A stretch of DNA of 27,589 nt from a virus (taxonomy: Duplodnaviria; Caudoviricetes): IMG/VR virus record IMGVR_UViG_3300048080_000580, positions 1 through 27,589 of that record; one strand, 5' to 3'. The notes beneath the pieces were generated by a model. That model saw only the letters and a program-made list of their open reading frames with translations, ran no database searches and was not told the origin of the DNA. The position numbers and the translations under genes are program-made. Shown piece by piece: positions 7,369-16,097 of this stretch; the stretch's first letter is position 1; every line of letters begins with the position of its first letter.

Positions 7369-9054
7369 CTAGCCGTCCAGAACCGTAGATTCTCCAAGTG
7401 AACTTACACCAAGCTCCCAAAGCGTGGACGGAGTCGGCGGTACGCCCAGCGTGGGCTCCTTCAAAGCCACATAGTGCTCATGCGCCACCTTCATGTACTC
7501 CACGATCTCCTGGATCCAGAAGCGCTGAAGTTCCGTCAACGCGGTTGTGGAGACGACCTGGAAGGCGTACTTCAGGAACGAAGTTCCTGGCCCAAGGACC
7601 GTGTCGATCCCGAGCTCCGAAACCCCTAACATCCACGACCCAGCAGGATCGTTAAAGGGTTGGACGTCGAGTGGGATGCCGAGGAAGAAGAGTAGAGTTG
7701 CCTCCATCCCAGCCTCGGTGCCCTTGCTCTTGTAGATCTCCACCAAAACGTCGGCGAGACGGCGCTTCTCGGTCTCCGTGAGGTCGAACGAGAACGGGTT
7801 CCCGAGGTGGCGCAGCAGCGCGTCGAGGAGTTCCGCCGGCGCGAGATCGATGTCCAGCATGATGGACAGACGATCGACATCAAAACGGATCAACTGGAAC
7901 GCCTCGTCGAAACAACGGACGAGCGCCTCCATCTCATGCGCCGCGTCCTCGCGCTTGTTCAGCGCGGGGATGAGATCGTACAATCCGTACCGGGGAGGAG
8001 AAGCCCGCGGGATGGGTGGTGCGTCAAACGTAAACGTGAGGCCCTCGGCCCCATTCTCAAACAGGTCCACGACCTCCGCGACCGCGAGCGTGTAAGTCCG
8101 TTCTGGGCTGAGGTCGTCTTGTAGGTCGAGGTCGACGTAGCGACGATAGTCCTCTGACGGCGCGAGCTCGTCTACGGCAACTGCAAGGGCCTTCAACACG
8201 ATCGGAGTGAAGGCGGGCTCGACTACAGGCGCGCCCGGGGGCACGTGTGCGAGCCGGTACGGGGAGACCACTGCGATGGTGAGCAAGCTCGAGGGCTCTC
8301 CCGCGACCTCCCCGACGATGGCGACTGTGTCGGCAGAGACCACGCTCGAGATTTCGAAGTAGCCGTTGTTCACAGCTTCGTTTGCACGGGCGACGCCAAC
8401 GAACAGTCCGACGTCGTCGACCGTGAAGGTTGCACCGGGCGCCCGGATGTGGTTCGGCTCGATGAACTCGACGCCGCCAGAGACGTTCCGCAGATTGATC
8501 GCAGAGCCCACCCCAGAGGGCAAGATCGGCTCGGTGAACAAGACGCGGATGCGGCGGAAGCCCCGGACCGAGATACTCGAGACCGCTGGGACCGTGAGAT
8601 CCTCGATCTCGAACGAGTACGTCTCATCGAGTACAGAACTCCCGCTGCCAGCCGCGAGGACTCGAACCTCGATCACATCGAGAGAAGAGAACGGAGTTGC
8701 TCGGACGAGCTTGACAACGTGCTCGTCGTCAAGTAGCGCACCAGGGGACTTCTGCGAAATGAACGTGGAAGATGCGGCGTACTCTGTAGAGAAGACCGGG
8801 CCGCTCGTCGTACTGAACACGAGCGCTAGCGGCCCTCCGTTCACAGATACATAGACCTGTGTCCCCACAGCCGTGATAGAGTTCGCCCCCGTAGCAACGA
8901 TGGTGAGTCGGATCGCGGTATCGGGCGTAGCCCCCCACTGCATGTCCTCTAGGGGAGAGTCGGGTTCAGGGTCCCGGTTGATCAGCCGGAGAACCTGCGT
9001 ACTGACCTCTTGGTCGACGAGGTCGATGTAGAACGCGCCGAAAGTGGTCCGCAT
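7369..9054 (-). CDS. baseplate wedge protein, P2 gpI-like C-terminal domain with Ig-like N-terminal extension
   Basis: LDIDLAPAELLDALLRHLG...EKRRLA..LVEIYKSKGTEAG...IVEYMKVAH is the gpI/Tail_P2_I pattern; lies just before the fibre gene. Confidence 0.8.
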   Translation of the reverse strand: MRTTFGAFYIDLVDQEVSTQVLRLINRDPEPDSPLEDMQWGATPDTAIRLTIVATGANSITAVGTQVYVSVNGGPLALVFSTTSGPVFSTEYAASSTFISQKSPGALLDDEHVVKLVRATPFSSLDVIEVRVLAAGSGSSVLDETYSFEIEDLTVPAVSSISVRGFRRIRVLFTEPILPSGVGSAINLRNVSGGVEFIEPNHIRAPGATFTVDDVGLFVGVARANEAVNNGYFEISSVVSADTVAIVGEVAGEPSSLLTIAVVSPYRLAHVPPGAPVVEPAFTPIVLKALAVAVDELAPSEDYRRYVDLDLQDDLSPERTYTLAVAEVVDLFENGAEGLTFTFDAPPIPRASPPRYGLYDLIPALNKREDAAHEMEALVRCFDEAFQLIRFDVDRLSIMLDIDLAPAELLDALLRHLGNPFSFDLTETEKRRLADVLVEIYKSKGTEAGMEATLLFFLGIPLDVQPFNDPAGSWMLGVSELGIDTVLGPGTSFLKYAFQVVSTTALTELQRFWIQEIVEYMKVAHEHYVALKEPTLGVPPTPSTLWELGVSSLGESTVLDG

Positions 9055-9827
9055 TATGGCACGTCTCGCTCGTCTACAAAGGCAAACTCAAACTTGATCG
9101 AGTGCTGACTTTGTAGCTTGGACACGTGCGCGCGAATGTCGAGGCGGTCCCTGTAGCGGCCCAGTACTTCGCCCGTCTCCACCCGAAGGAGGTCCTCAAC
9201 ATAGACTCGAGCAACGAAGCGTGCCCCCAACTTGAGCACGCTCATGCCGGTGGTGGGACCTTCGTCGACCAAGTTTCGATCGAGTAGCGCCGTCGTGATT
9301 GGGGCGCCCGGAGTCGCGGGTGGGACAAGCCCGATGATTGTCGCCTTCCCGACGTTGGAGCCCATCGCCGGGTTGGTGATCTCGATTTCCTGACCCAGAT
9401 CCGCCACAGTGAAGTTTGCGCTCGGAGCTAACATCACACCGCCGACTTGACCGTAAACGTCAGGCGCTTGGATGAGGACCTCAGCCGCGCTATAGAGGAC
9501 GATGTCCTCGGGCGTACCCTGCAGTTCTCTCTGGCCTGGTGCGTCCTGCGGCTGTCGGATCCTTATCCGCGCGCCAATCAAGTCGATACCCGTGAGGTCG
9601 ATCACCTGCTCGAAGCTGAACTTCTCCCCGATAGCCAACTTGAAACTGGGAGACTGGAGTAGATCGCTGCCGATGCAAAGGACGTAGGCACCGTCCGGGA
9701 CGGGGAAGTTCTGTGGTTGGATGCGCCCCTGCGTAACTCCGAGGTCATACGCCCACGGGCTTGTATTCCCGCCGGAGGGCTCGAAGCTGCCCTCTCTCCA
9801 AACGTATGTCTCGAAGTCGAACGGCAT
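9054..9827 (-). CDS. hypothetical baseplate-region structural protein
   Basis: 257 aa; TAATG coupling to the wedge gene. Confidence 0.7.
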   Translation of the reverse strand: MPFDFETYVWREGSFEPSGGNTSPWAYDLGVTQGRIQPQNFPVPDGAYVLCIGSDLLQSPSFKLAIGEKFSFEQVIDLTGIDLIGARIRIRQPQDAPGQRELQGTPEDIVLYSAAEVLIQAPDVYGQVGGVMLAPSANFTVADLGQEIEITNPAMGSNVGKATIIGLVPPATPGAPITTALLDRNLVDEGPTTGMSVLKLGARFVARVYVEDLLRVETGEVLGRYRDRLDIRAHVSKLQSQHSIKFEFAFVDERDVP

Positions 9828-9830
9828 AGT

Positions 9831-10769
9831 TTAGTTCGTTGGCGTAGTGACCCCGTTACCGGGCACGCTGTACATGGCGTCCGTAGATCCAATGACGTAA
9901 CGCAGCTTATCATTCGACACGTCGTGTAGGTCGTGCGAGTAAGAGACTTGTCGCAGGATTCGACTTGTACCGCGAACCGTAGTGTTCACCGCGCCGAACC
10001 ACAATACCTCCACGCTGGGGGCATTCCCGGTTCTGGCGTCCGACGTGTCCATCAACTCGAACGCGTCCTGCCCCGTGTTGATGTCGAAGTACTGGATCAA
10101 GGTCAAACCGGACGTACCACGCACCTGAACTGTCACATCATCGACGTTGTAGCCCACCGCGATGGCGGCAGTCTGCAACGTGAGCAACTGCAGAGGTACT
10201 CCACTGGTCCACGCCCCGAAACCGGGCTTGGCATCCCCGGACTTCACGTCCTCGAGCCAGTCGAAGAGGCAGATGAACGCGAGTGCGTTGACCCCTGTGC
10301 CGGCGTACGCAAGAAACGCCGGGGACGAACTGTCACAGAGGTACTGCGCGACGAAGTTCGCGGTAGGGATGTTGCAGTGCCCCAAGGTGCGATCGGCTAC
10401 CGTCACCTGATCCGTTGCGGTCGGCGGCGCGGTGGCTGATGGAGACCCACCGGTGAACTGTGCTGCGCGCGACCAGAGGCAACCAAGAAACTCCTCCGCA
10501 CCAGAGGTGTTTCGCATCGACATGATGAGCTCAATGCCAGTCAACGTGTGACGGAGACGCACCCACGCGCCTTCTCCAACGATGGAAGCAGCCGTCACCC
10601 ACAGGTCCACACCAACGTTGTCGAACGCGCCGGTGTTGCCTGTGCCGGTGCCCTGGACCGTCCATCCACGGGCCTTGAGAAGGGTCTTCAGCGTGAAGAG
10701 GTGCAGTCGGGACCTCTGAAGGTCGTTAGCCCCGGTGATCGACACGTTGACATTGTGGTAGAACGCCAT
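9831..10769 (-). CDS. hypothetical virion protein (possible accessory fibre/appendage)
   Basis: 312 aa, GAGGAGG RBS; LKTLLKARGWTVQG N-terminal pattern is common in phage virion proteins. Confidence 0.7.
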   Translation of the reverse strand: MAFYHNVNVSITGANDLQRSRLHLFTLKTLLKARGWTVQGTGTGNTGAFDNVGVDLWVTAASIVGEGAWVRLRHTLTGIELIMSMRNTSGAEEFLGCLWSRAAQFTGGSPSATAPPTATDQVTVADRTLGHCNIPTANFVAQYLCDSSSPAFLAYAGTGVNALAFICLFDWLEDVKSGDAKPGFGAWTSGVPLQLLTLQTAAIAVGYNVDDVTVQVRGTSGLTLIQYFDINTGQDAFELMDTSDARTGNAPSVEVLWFGAVNTTVRGTSRILRQVSYSHDLHDVSNDKLRYVIGSTDAMYSVPGNGVTTPTN

Positions 10770-10874
10770 TTACGCCTCCTCGAACGAGAGGATCATCAGT
10801 TCCTCGACCCAACCCGGGAGAAGGAACTCTCCGAAGTCTACGTCAAGATCCGGGTCGAAAGTAAAAGCTGCCAC
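10770..10874 (-). CDS. small acidic ORF, 34 aa (MAAFTFDPDLDVDFGEFLLPGWVEELMILSFEEA), below the track cut-off
   Basis: GTG at 10874; TAA at 10772-10770 abuts the next ATG at 10769; fills the intergenic gap exactly; third positions mostly G/C. Confidence 0.5.
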   Translation of the reverse strand: MAAFTFDPDLDVDFGEFLLPGWVEELMILSFEEA

Positions 10875-10881
10875 GGGATAA

Positions 10882-10934
10882 TCTTTCTTCCCTTGTGCTT
10901 GATCAGTAGTCGATCAAGCACAAGGGAGAAAAGA
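10882..10934. repeat. dyad of the intergenic motif: TCCCTTGTGCTTGATC-AGTAGTC-GATCAAGCACAAGGGA
   Basis: Perfect 16-bp arms at 10889-10904 and 10912-10927, 7-nt spacer, imperfect pyrimidine/purine extensions. Confidence 0.95.
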
Positions 10935-10939
10935 GACTA

Positions 10940-11635
10940 CTAAGTTTGGCGCTGGGCTACGTAGTGGTCGACGTAGCCCCGTCGCGATAGCCCTGCCGAT
11001 TGAAACGCAAACCCGCAGCGCCCGCCGATGAGCGGAGCCGTCGCGGTGAGGACCTGAAGGGCGTCGTCCACGACCTGCGAGATCCCTGGGATCGCGATCC
11101 AGCTAGGCGCCGTCACTGCGTTGAGGGCGAGATCGTTGTAGAAGCAGTTGATCACGACGTCGCCGTTCGGGTTGTTGATCACGTCCAGTCGTACGTGTAC
11201 CCACGTGTTCGGAGGGAAGGTCAACGACGAGATGGCTAGCACCTTCGATGCAGTTGGGGCGAGTCCCGTGTTCGGCGAGCCCTTGCGGAGGATGATCGCG
11301 TGTGGGTCATCGTCTGACAGGCCCAGCAGGTAGCCAACGCCCGACACATCTGCGCCCGCCTCCTGTATGCCCGTGAACAAAATCGGGGCAAACCCGGTCG
11401 TGCCCGAGGAGAGGCCACGCTTCAGCGCCGCGCGTACGGAAGACCCTGACGCCAGCGGGTTGAAGTTCGCGACGTTCAAGTAGAAGCCTCGGGTCACCGC
11501 GCTCGTCACTAGGCTGTTGAAGCCGAAGACGAACGTCCCGCCACCGTTGGGCTTGACGGGGGCCGCGGACACGCCCGCGAGGATGGACGCGGCCGACGCC
11601 GAGTTGGTCATGATCGTAAAATCGAACTCGCTCAT
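10940..11635 (-). CDS. hypothetical beta-sandwich (lectin/ConA-like?) baseplate-region protein
   Basis: 231 aa, AAAGGA RBS; GYLLGL...IILRKG...NTWVHVRLDV...GRCGF pattern suggests a ConA-like fold (inference). Confidence 0.65.
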   Translation of the reverse strand: MSEFDFTIMTNSASAASILAGVSAAPVKPNGGGTFVFGFNSLVTSAVTRGFYLNVANFNPLASGSSVRAALKRGLSSGTTGFAPILFTGIQEAGADVSGVGYLLGLSDDDPHAIILRKGSPNTGLAPTASKVLAISSLTFPPNTWVHVRLDVINNPNGDVVINCFYNDLALNAVTAPSWIAIPGISQVVDDALQVLTATAPLIGGRCGFAFQSAGLSRRGYVDHYVAQRQT

Positions 11636-11668
11636 AACTCAATCCTTTCGAAGCCTTACGCTACATCA

Positions 11669-12613
11669 TCAGAGGGTCAAAGTCCACTCGTTCTCGAAGT
11701 CCTCGGTGTCCTTGGCGAATCCGAGGATGTCGACTACGCCGGCCTGCGCGCCGATTGGAGGGGACTCGGTGATGCTCGTCACATCCCGCACACCCGTGGC
11801 GCCGATCTGCTCCACCACCTTGAAGCGCATACCGACCGTGCTCGTCGCGGGCACGTCCACGCCGCCGTCGTTCCCGCCCACGCCCAGCCCGTCGATGTAG
11901 GCCACGGTGAGGTGCGCGGCCAGAGCCCCCGTCGTTGTGGTGACCTCTGCAAACGTGATGACAGCGTACGCAGGAGGCGTGTAGGCCGCGCCGTTGGCGA
12001 ATGCACTCGTCGTCCAGTTGTAAGAGCCCAGGTTCACCGATGTGCCGATGCCACATCCCTCGAGGTTGGCAGCGGCGAAGGTGAAGAAGGAGTCCTCGTT
12101 GTCGTCCCATTCCTCTTCGAAATCCTCGAAGGCCTCCGGAGTCCCCGCATCGAACATCGCGGTAGCGGTAGAGACATCATCCCAACTGAACTCGGAGCCC
12201 TGGTTGAATGGAGCTCCGCCAGCCTTCGGGAGCTTCCAGTCCTCCTCGTAGTCCTCGTGAGGTTCGGGAGCCGTGTCGAACTGTGCCTCTACGATTGTCA
12301 GGACCGACCAGTCGTCCAGGAAGCCTGCGTCGTTGTCCCAGCCCACCTCGAAGTTCTCGTACGGGTTGGCGGAGAATGTAGCGAAGGCGACGTTCGGGGG
12401 CTCGAGCTCGAACAGAGAGTCCTCGTTGAAGGGCGGGGACGCCGGCGAGTTGGGTAGTTTCCAACCGTCCTCCATCCCGTCGTAGCCTACGTGGGAAGAG
12501 CCGAACGCAGCGACGATCTCGAGTGTAGGAGTCTGGACGGGCAGCCAGCCTTCCGGCACGCCTGGGTTGTCCGAACCAGTCTCGAAGCTGGCATTTACGA
12601 TGGGCGTTGCCAC
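11669..12613 (-). CDS. highly acidic repeat-containing structural protein
   Basis: 314 aa, starts IVNASFETG, repeated EDFEExW motifs; TAGTG coupling to baseplate J. Confidence 0.75.
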   Translation of the reverse strand: MATPIVNASFETGSDNPGVPEGWLPVQTPTLEIVAAFGSSHVGYDGMEDGWKLPNSPASPPFNEDSLFELEPPNVAFATFSANPYENFEVGWDNDAGFLDDWSVLTIVEAQFDTAPEPHEDYEEDWKLPKAGGAPFNQGSEFSWDDVSTATAMFDAGTPEAFEDFEEEWDDNEDSFFTFAAANLEGCGIGTSVNLGSYNWTTSAFANGAAYTPPAYAVITFAEVTTTTGALAAHLTVAYIDGLGVGGNDGGVDVPATSTVGMRFKVVEQIGATGVRDVTSITESPPIGAQAGVVDILGFAKDTEDFENEWTLTL

Positions 12614-14163
12614 TATGGCACCACCGTCAGCACAGTCGCGCCAGTGTCAGCGTTGAGGATCGTCATCGTACCCAACTTCGGGAACTTCAGAGAGCCGATC
12701 AGGACAGACGATCGCAGGCTATTCAACAAGAGCCCGATGGGCCCTGCGTCGACTTCGCGCACGCCAACCGTGTCCCGCACCACGTTGAATATGTCGGACC
12801 ACGGCATGGTCGCAGTGATCGTACCCTCTGTGTCCTTCAGGTTTGCACCGAAATCCACCGCGGCGTTGGCGTTGCCTTCGAAGTCCAGTACAGCAAAGTG
12901 GTCCTTGAGGTTGTCTACGATCGTTTGGGCCACCGTCGCCGGCGTGGCACCAGTCGAGAAGTAGACGCGGGTAGACACAGCGATGGTCGTGTACTCCGCC
13001 GCGCGGACCTCGAGGGTGAACGTCAGCGTATGCGGGAACGTGACGGTCACCATCTCCTCGACTTCGTCAAGTAGCGCAGACGAGGGAGTTGCCCCAAGCG
13101 TCGCTCCCGAGGCAAGATGCACGCCCTTCGCGATGACGTAGAGGATGCCAGTGTTCTCCTGGATGGCCGAGCTCTCGTTGCTTGTGGCCATTAGAGATCT
13201 GGCTACGCCGGCCACCTTTAGTGCGTTGATCTCGAAGTCGTCCTTGGACACAGTCCGCGTGGTGGTGCGCAGGGTCTGTGGTCCCAGAGACCGGGCCTGG
13301 GCCAAGCTCATGCGGTCATCACCACCGCTGGACTTATCCGCGTTGGTGACCCGGAGAGGCGAAACCTGCCCAGCCCCATTCAATATCACTCCCTCAATGA
13401 TCGTGATCTGGCCCTCGTCGACGTTCCCTAGAGCGCCTCCGCCGGTCTTGTAGTCGACCGTGATCGTGCCTTGCGGAATCTCGCCGTTGGCCCCATTGCC
13501 GAAGCGCACACGCCCCTGGTCGAACTGGTCCACCAGGATGACGAAGGTCCGGTCCGAGGGGCCGCTGCCGAGGAAGCTCAGCACCTCAGAGTAAGCCCCG
13601 TTGGCCGCCGAGGGCTCAGCCGAGTCATCTAGGTACGGCTTCTTGCTGAGCGTGAACTCTTGGTTGGGGGCACCACTCGACTGGAAGACGTCCTGTTCAG
13701 CTGTGGCCTGCTCCGCTGCGATGATTACCGAGGATTGCCCGATGCCTATTGTCCCATCCGCAATTGTCCGGAACGTGACAGGGTTCGTCGGATCCTTTGA
13801 GCGGCATCGAGTACCAGCCGGGATCGTGACAACCACAGCAGCTACCGAGGGCAGTGAGAACGTGAGGTCGACCGTAGCTGCCACAGCGCCGGCGAGCTTG
13901 AAGTTGATGAGGCGTCCAAGACGGATAGCTGCGATGCGTTGGTTCATCGTCGGCCAGTACGCATTGAGCGCGGAACTGTCGACGTAGTAGTTCAGGACGT
14001 CGCCCACAAAGGCGAAGAGCTCGAGCAGGATGTTCCCGAAGTTGGCGGTGTTGAAGTCCGTCCACGTCGGGAAGACCGAGCGCGCGAGACCAATCAGGCG
14101 TAGGCGGAGACTCGCGAAATCGCGGTCCGTCAGGTCCACGTTCGGTTGCGGAAGAATTGGCAT
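12613..14163 (-). CDS. baseplate J / gp47-like wedge protein
   Basis: DLTDRDFASLR...WTDFNTANFGNILLELFAFVGDVLNYY, VRFGNGANGEIP, GGALGNV, RTVSKDDFE. Confidence 0.92.
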   Translation of the reverse strand: MPILPQPNVDLTDRDFASLRLRLIGLARSVFPTWTDFNTANFGNILLELFAFVGDVLNYYVDSSALNAYWPTMNQRIAAIRLGRLINFKLAGAVAATVDLTFSLPSVAAVVVTIPAGTRCRSKDPTNPVTFRTIADGTIGIGQSSVIIAAEQATAEQDVFQSSGAPNQEFTLSKKPYLDDSAEPSAANGAYSEVLSFLGSGPSDRTFVILVDQFDQGRVRFGNGANGEIPQGTITVDYKTGGGALGNVDEGQITIIEGVILNGAGQVSPLRVTNADKSSGGDDRMSLAQARSLGPQTLRTTTRTVSKDDFEINALKVAGVARSLMATSNESSAIQENTGILYVIAKGVHLASGATLGATPSSALLDEVEEMVTVTFPHTLTFTLEVRAAEYTTIAVSTRVYFSTGATPATVAQTIVDNLKDHFAVLDFEGNANAAVDFGANLKDTEGTITATMPWSDIFNVVRDTVGVREVDAGPIGLLLNSLRSSVLIGSLKFPKLGTMTILNADTGATVLTVVP

Positions 14164-14906
14164 CAGTTTTCTCCCGCGATTCGCTGGGCGTGTACGCTGA
14201 GTATGCGCCTTGCGATGATAAACTTACGCTTCAACACTGGGCGATGCCTCTTGTACAAAAACAGCACTACTGCCGAAACGTTGCTCCAAGAGGACCATTG
14301 CGCGTAGGCTGTATTGTTCCTATGGCGAATTGTTCCTGCTTTAACACCAACACAGGCTTCAATACACTGGACTACCCAAGCAACGACGTCTGGGTGCCCG
14401 CAGAATGCCACAAGTGGGCTCCTACCATCTTCGCCCAAATACACGCAACCGTCCCCATCAAAAAGTCCGCGCAGGAAGTCGCGGAGGAATTCTTTGGGAA
14501 CTTGAGGCATGACCGGATGGCGAGACTTGCTTGGGGCAACCCCCAATTTCAATAGATCCAACACCATGCTACGGGAGTAGACCACCCAGCGGACCCTTGG
14601 ACCACCTTTTACCACATGTCCATTCAACATGTGGTCGGTCGAGGCAGTTAGATCGGTGACTCTACCTCCAATAGTAGCTTGGAGGTCAAGCAAGTGTTGT
14701 TTGTCTTTACTCGCCAAGTTTATCGTCACAGCCCAATACGGCTTCAATCGTATGTTGCCGTCGGCATATAGGAAGCCCAACCAGTAAGCTGTTGCGGGGC
14801 TAGATACAGCCGAGAAGTACGCTTCTTTCACGTAGGTTTTACGTGGACGCCCTCGAGTAGAAAGTGCGGCTGTGTAGTCTACGCTAGGTTGCGGGAGGAT
14901 GGGCAT
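14163..14906 (-). mobile_element. free-standing double-motif LAGLIDADG homing endonuclease gene
   Basis: AYWLGFLYADG and DFLRGLFDGDG motifs, basic protein, visibly more AT-rich than its flanks. No intein termini. TGATG overlap with baseplate J. Confidence 0.88.
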
Positions 14907-14907
14907 A

Positions 14908-15333
14908 CTAAGCCTCGATCACCTGGACCACGGGGCCTAGGATAGCCCCGTTCCTTGGGTTGTTCGTCGCTACTACGGACCACACCACCTTGACATCGAG
15001 GCGCGTATCCTTCTTCTCCACCGAGACCTCGTTCAGCGTGGCACGAGGTTCGTACTCCCGGATCGACTCCGTCACTTGGAGCTTGGCCAAGGCCATGTTG
15101 CCGTCGTCCATATTCTTGAGCCGAACGGACTCGAGCAGGACCCCGAAGCGCGGGCGCCATCGGAGCTCACCTGGAATCGTGCCAACGATCTGAGACACCG
15201 ATGACGCTACAGCGGCCTCTCCTCCGCCAGTCTGGAAGTCCGAGCCTGTGCGGCGCAAAGGGCGGACCAACCCAAAGCCAAGGAAGCTCTTGGATCCATT
15301 CAGCGAAAGGCCGCGCGGTGTGGAATCGCTCAC
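14908..15333 (-). CDS. GPW/gp25-family baseplate wedge / sheath initiator
   Basis: SVSQIVGTIPGELRWRPRFG...SIREYEPRA signature. Confidence 0.9.
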   Translation of the reverse strand: MSDSTPRGLSLNGSKSFLGFGLVRPLRRTGSDFQTGGGEAAVASSVSQIVGTIPGELRWRPRFGVLLESVRLKNMDDGNMALAKLQVTESIREYEPRATLNEVSVEKKDTRLDVKVVWSVVATNNPRNGAILGPVVQVIEA

Positions 15334-15343
15334 CTATACTCCA

Positions 15344-15353
15344 TTGTGCTTGA
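15344..15353 (-). repeat. degenerate half-site TCAAGCACAA of the intergenic motif
   Basis: Exact 10-nt core in the 31-nt gap upstream of gp25, running into its GGAG RBS. Confidence 0.7.
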
Positions 15354-15364
15354 ACAGCCTCAAA

Positions 15365-16093
15365 CTATACAGGGATCGCATCGCGTATGTCCGAAATGGT
15401 GTCGACGAACCCCTCGAGTACCGCAATACCGGCTGCCGGGTCGGTAAACTCGCCGATCGCAGGCATCTCGGGCAATCCTGCGAGACTCGCCAAGAGTGTA
15501 ATGATCTCAAGGATCTTGCCGATAGGCCCCATGCTGGCGGACATGTTCGCAGTCTGGATGTCCACATTCTCTTGAAGACACTGCGCGATGTCCCGGAGCC
15601 GATCACTGTCCAAGACCTCGGCTCTCGCTGCAGCATCAGTTGCCCGTTGTGCGTCCTCGGCGAGTGCGCCGAGTTGTCCCACCACGCCTTGCAGGAACAG
15701 GATCACGACGTCGATCAAGTTCACGATCATTAGGGGAATCGACAACTGCGGAATGAGTGCAGCAACCGCAGCCAACTTTGGGGCGAGCTCCTGGATGGCC
15801 TCGAGGATCGGTTCCGGCGAGAGTTGAAGAATGGCATCTGGAATGGACGACCCCAACTTCGCGAGGGCCATGATCGCATCCAGCAACTTGAAGAACGGGG
15901 CGAGCCCCGACATCACCGGGCCCGCTTGATCGATGAGGCTCTTCGCAACGCGAAGAGGTTGCGTGGCCTGCTCCGGGGGGGCGGCGCCCTCGAGCGTAAT
16001 GCCCCCAGGGAACGTGACAGAGATCGGCGGAATCGCAGGCGCCAGGTGAGCACACAGGTCCGCTGGGAACGGTGGTGTAGGAACGAAGACCAT
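15365..16093 (-). CDS. hypothetical alpha-helical, hydrophobic/acidic protein between spike and gp25
   Basis: 242 aa, tightly packed in the operon; Leu/Ile/Ala/Pro-rich. Confidence 0.75.
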   Translation of the reverse strand: MVFVPTPPFPADLCAHLAPAIPPISVTFPGGITLEGAAPPEQATQPLRVAKSLIDQAGPVMSGLAPFFKLLDAIMALAKLGSSIPDAILQLSPEPILEAIQELAPKLAAVAALIPQLSIPLMIVNLIDVVILFLQGVVGQLGALAEDAQRATDAAARAEVLDSDRLRDIAQCLQENVDIQTANMSASMGPIGKILEIITLLASLAGLPEMPAIGEFTDPAAGIAVLEGFVDTISDIRDAIPV

Positions 16094-16097
16094 GGGC

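Noticed and set aside
8726-13078. 15-nt direct repeat TCGTCAAGTAGCGCA at 8726-8740 and 13064-13078
   Set aside because: Both copies are in-frame coding for ALLD with no flanking similarity; probably coincidental.
14163-14906. Intein in baseplate J
   Set aside because: The ORF has its own stop, J restarts in a different frame, and there are no C/S...HN splice termini or Hint blocks.
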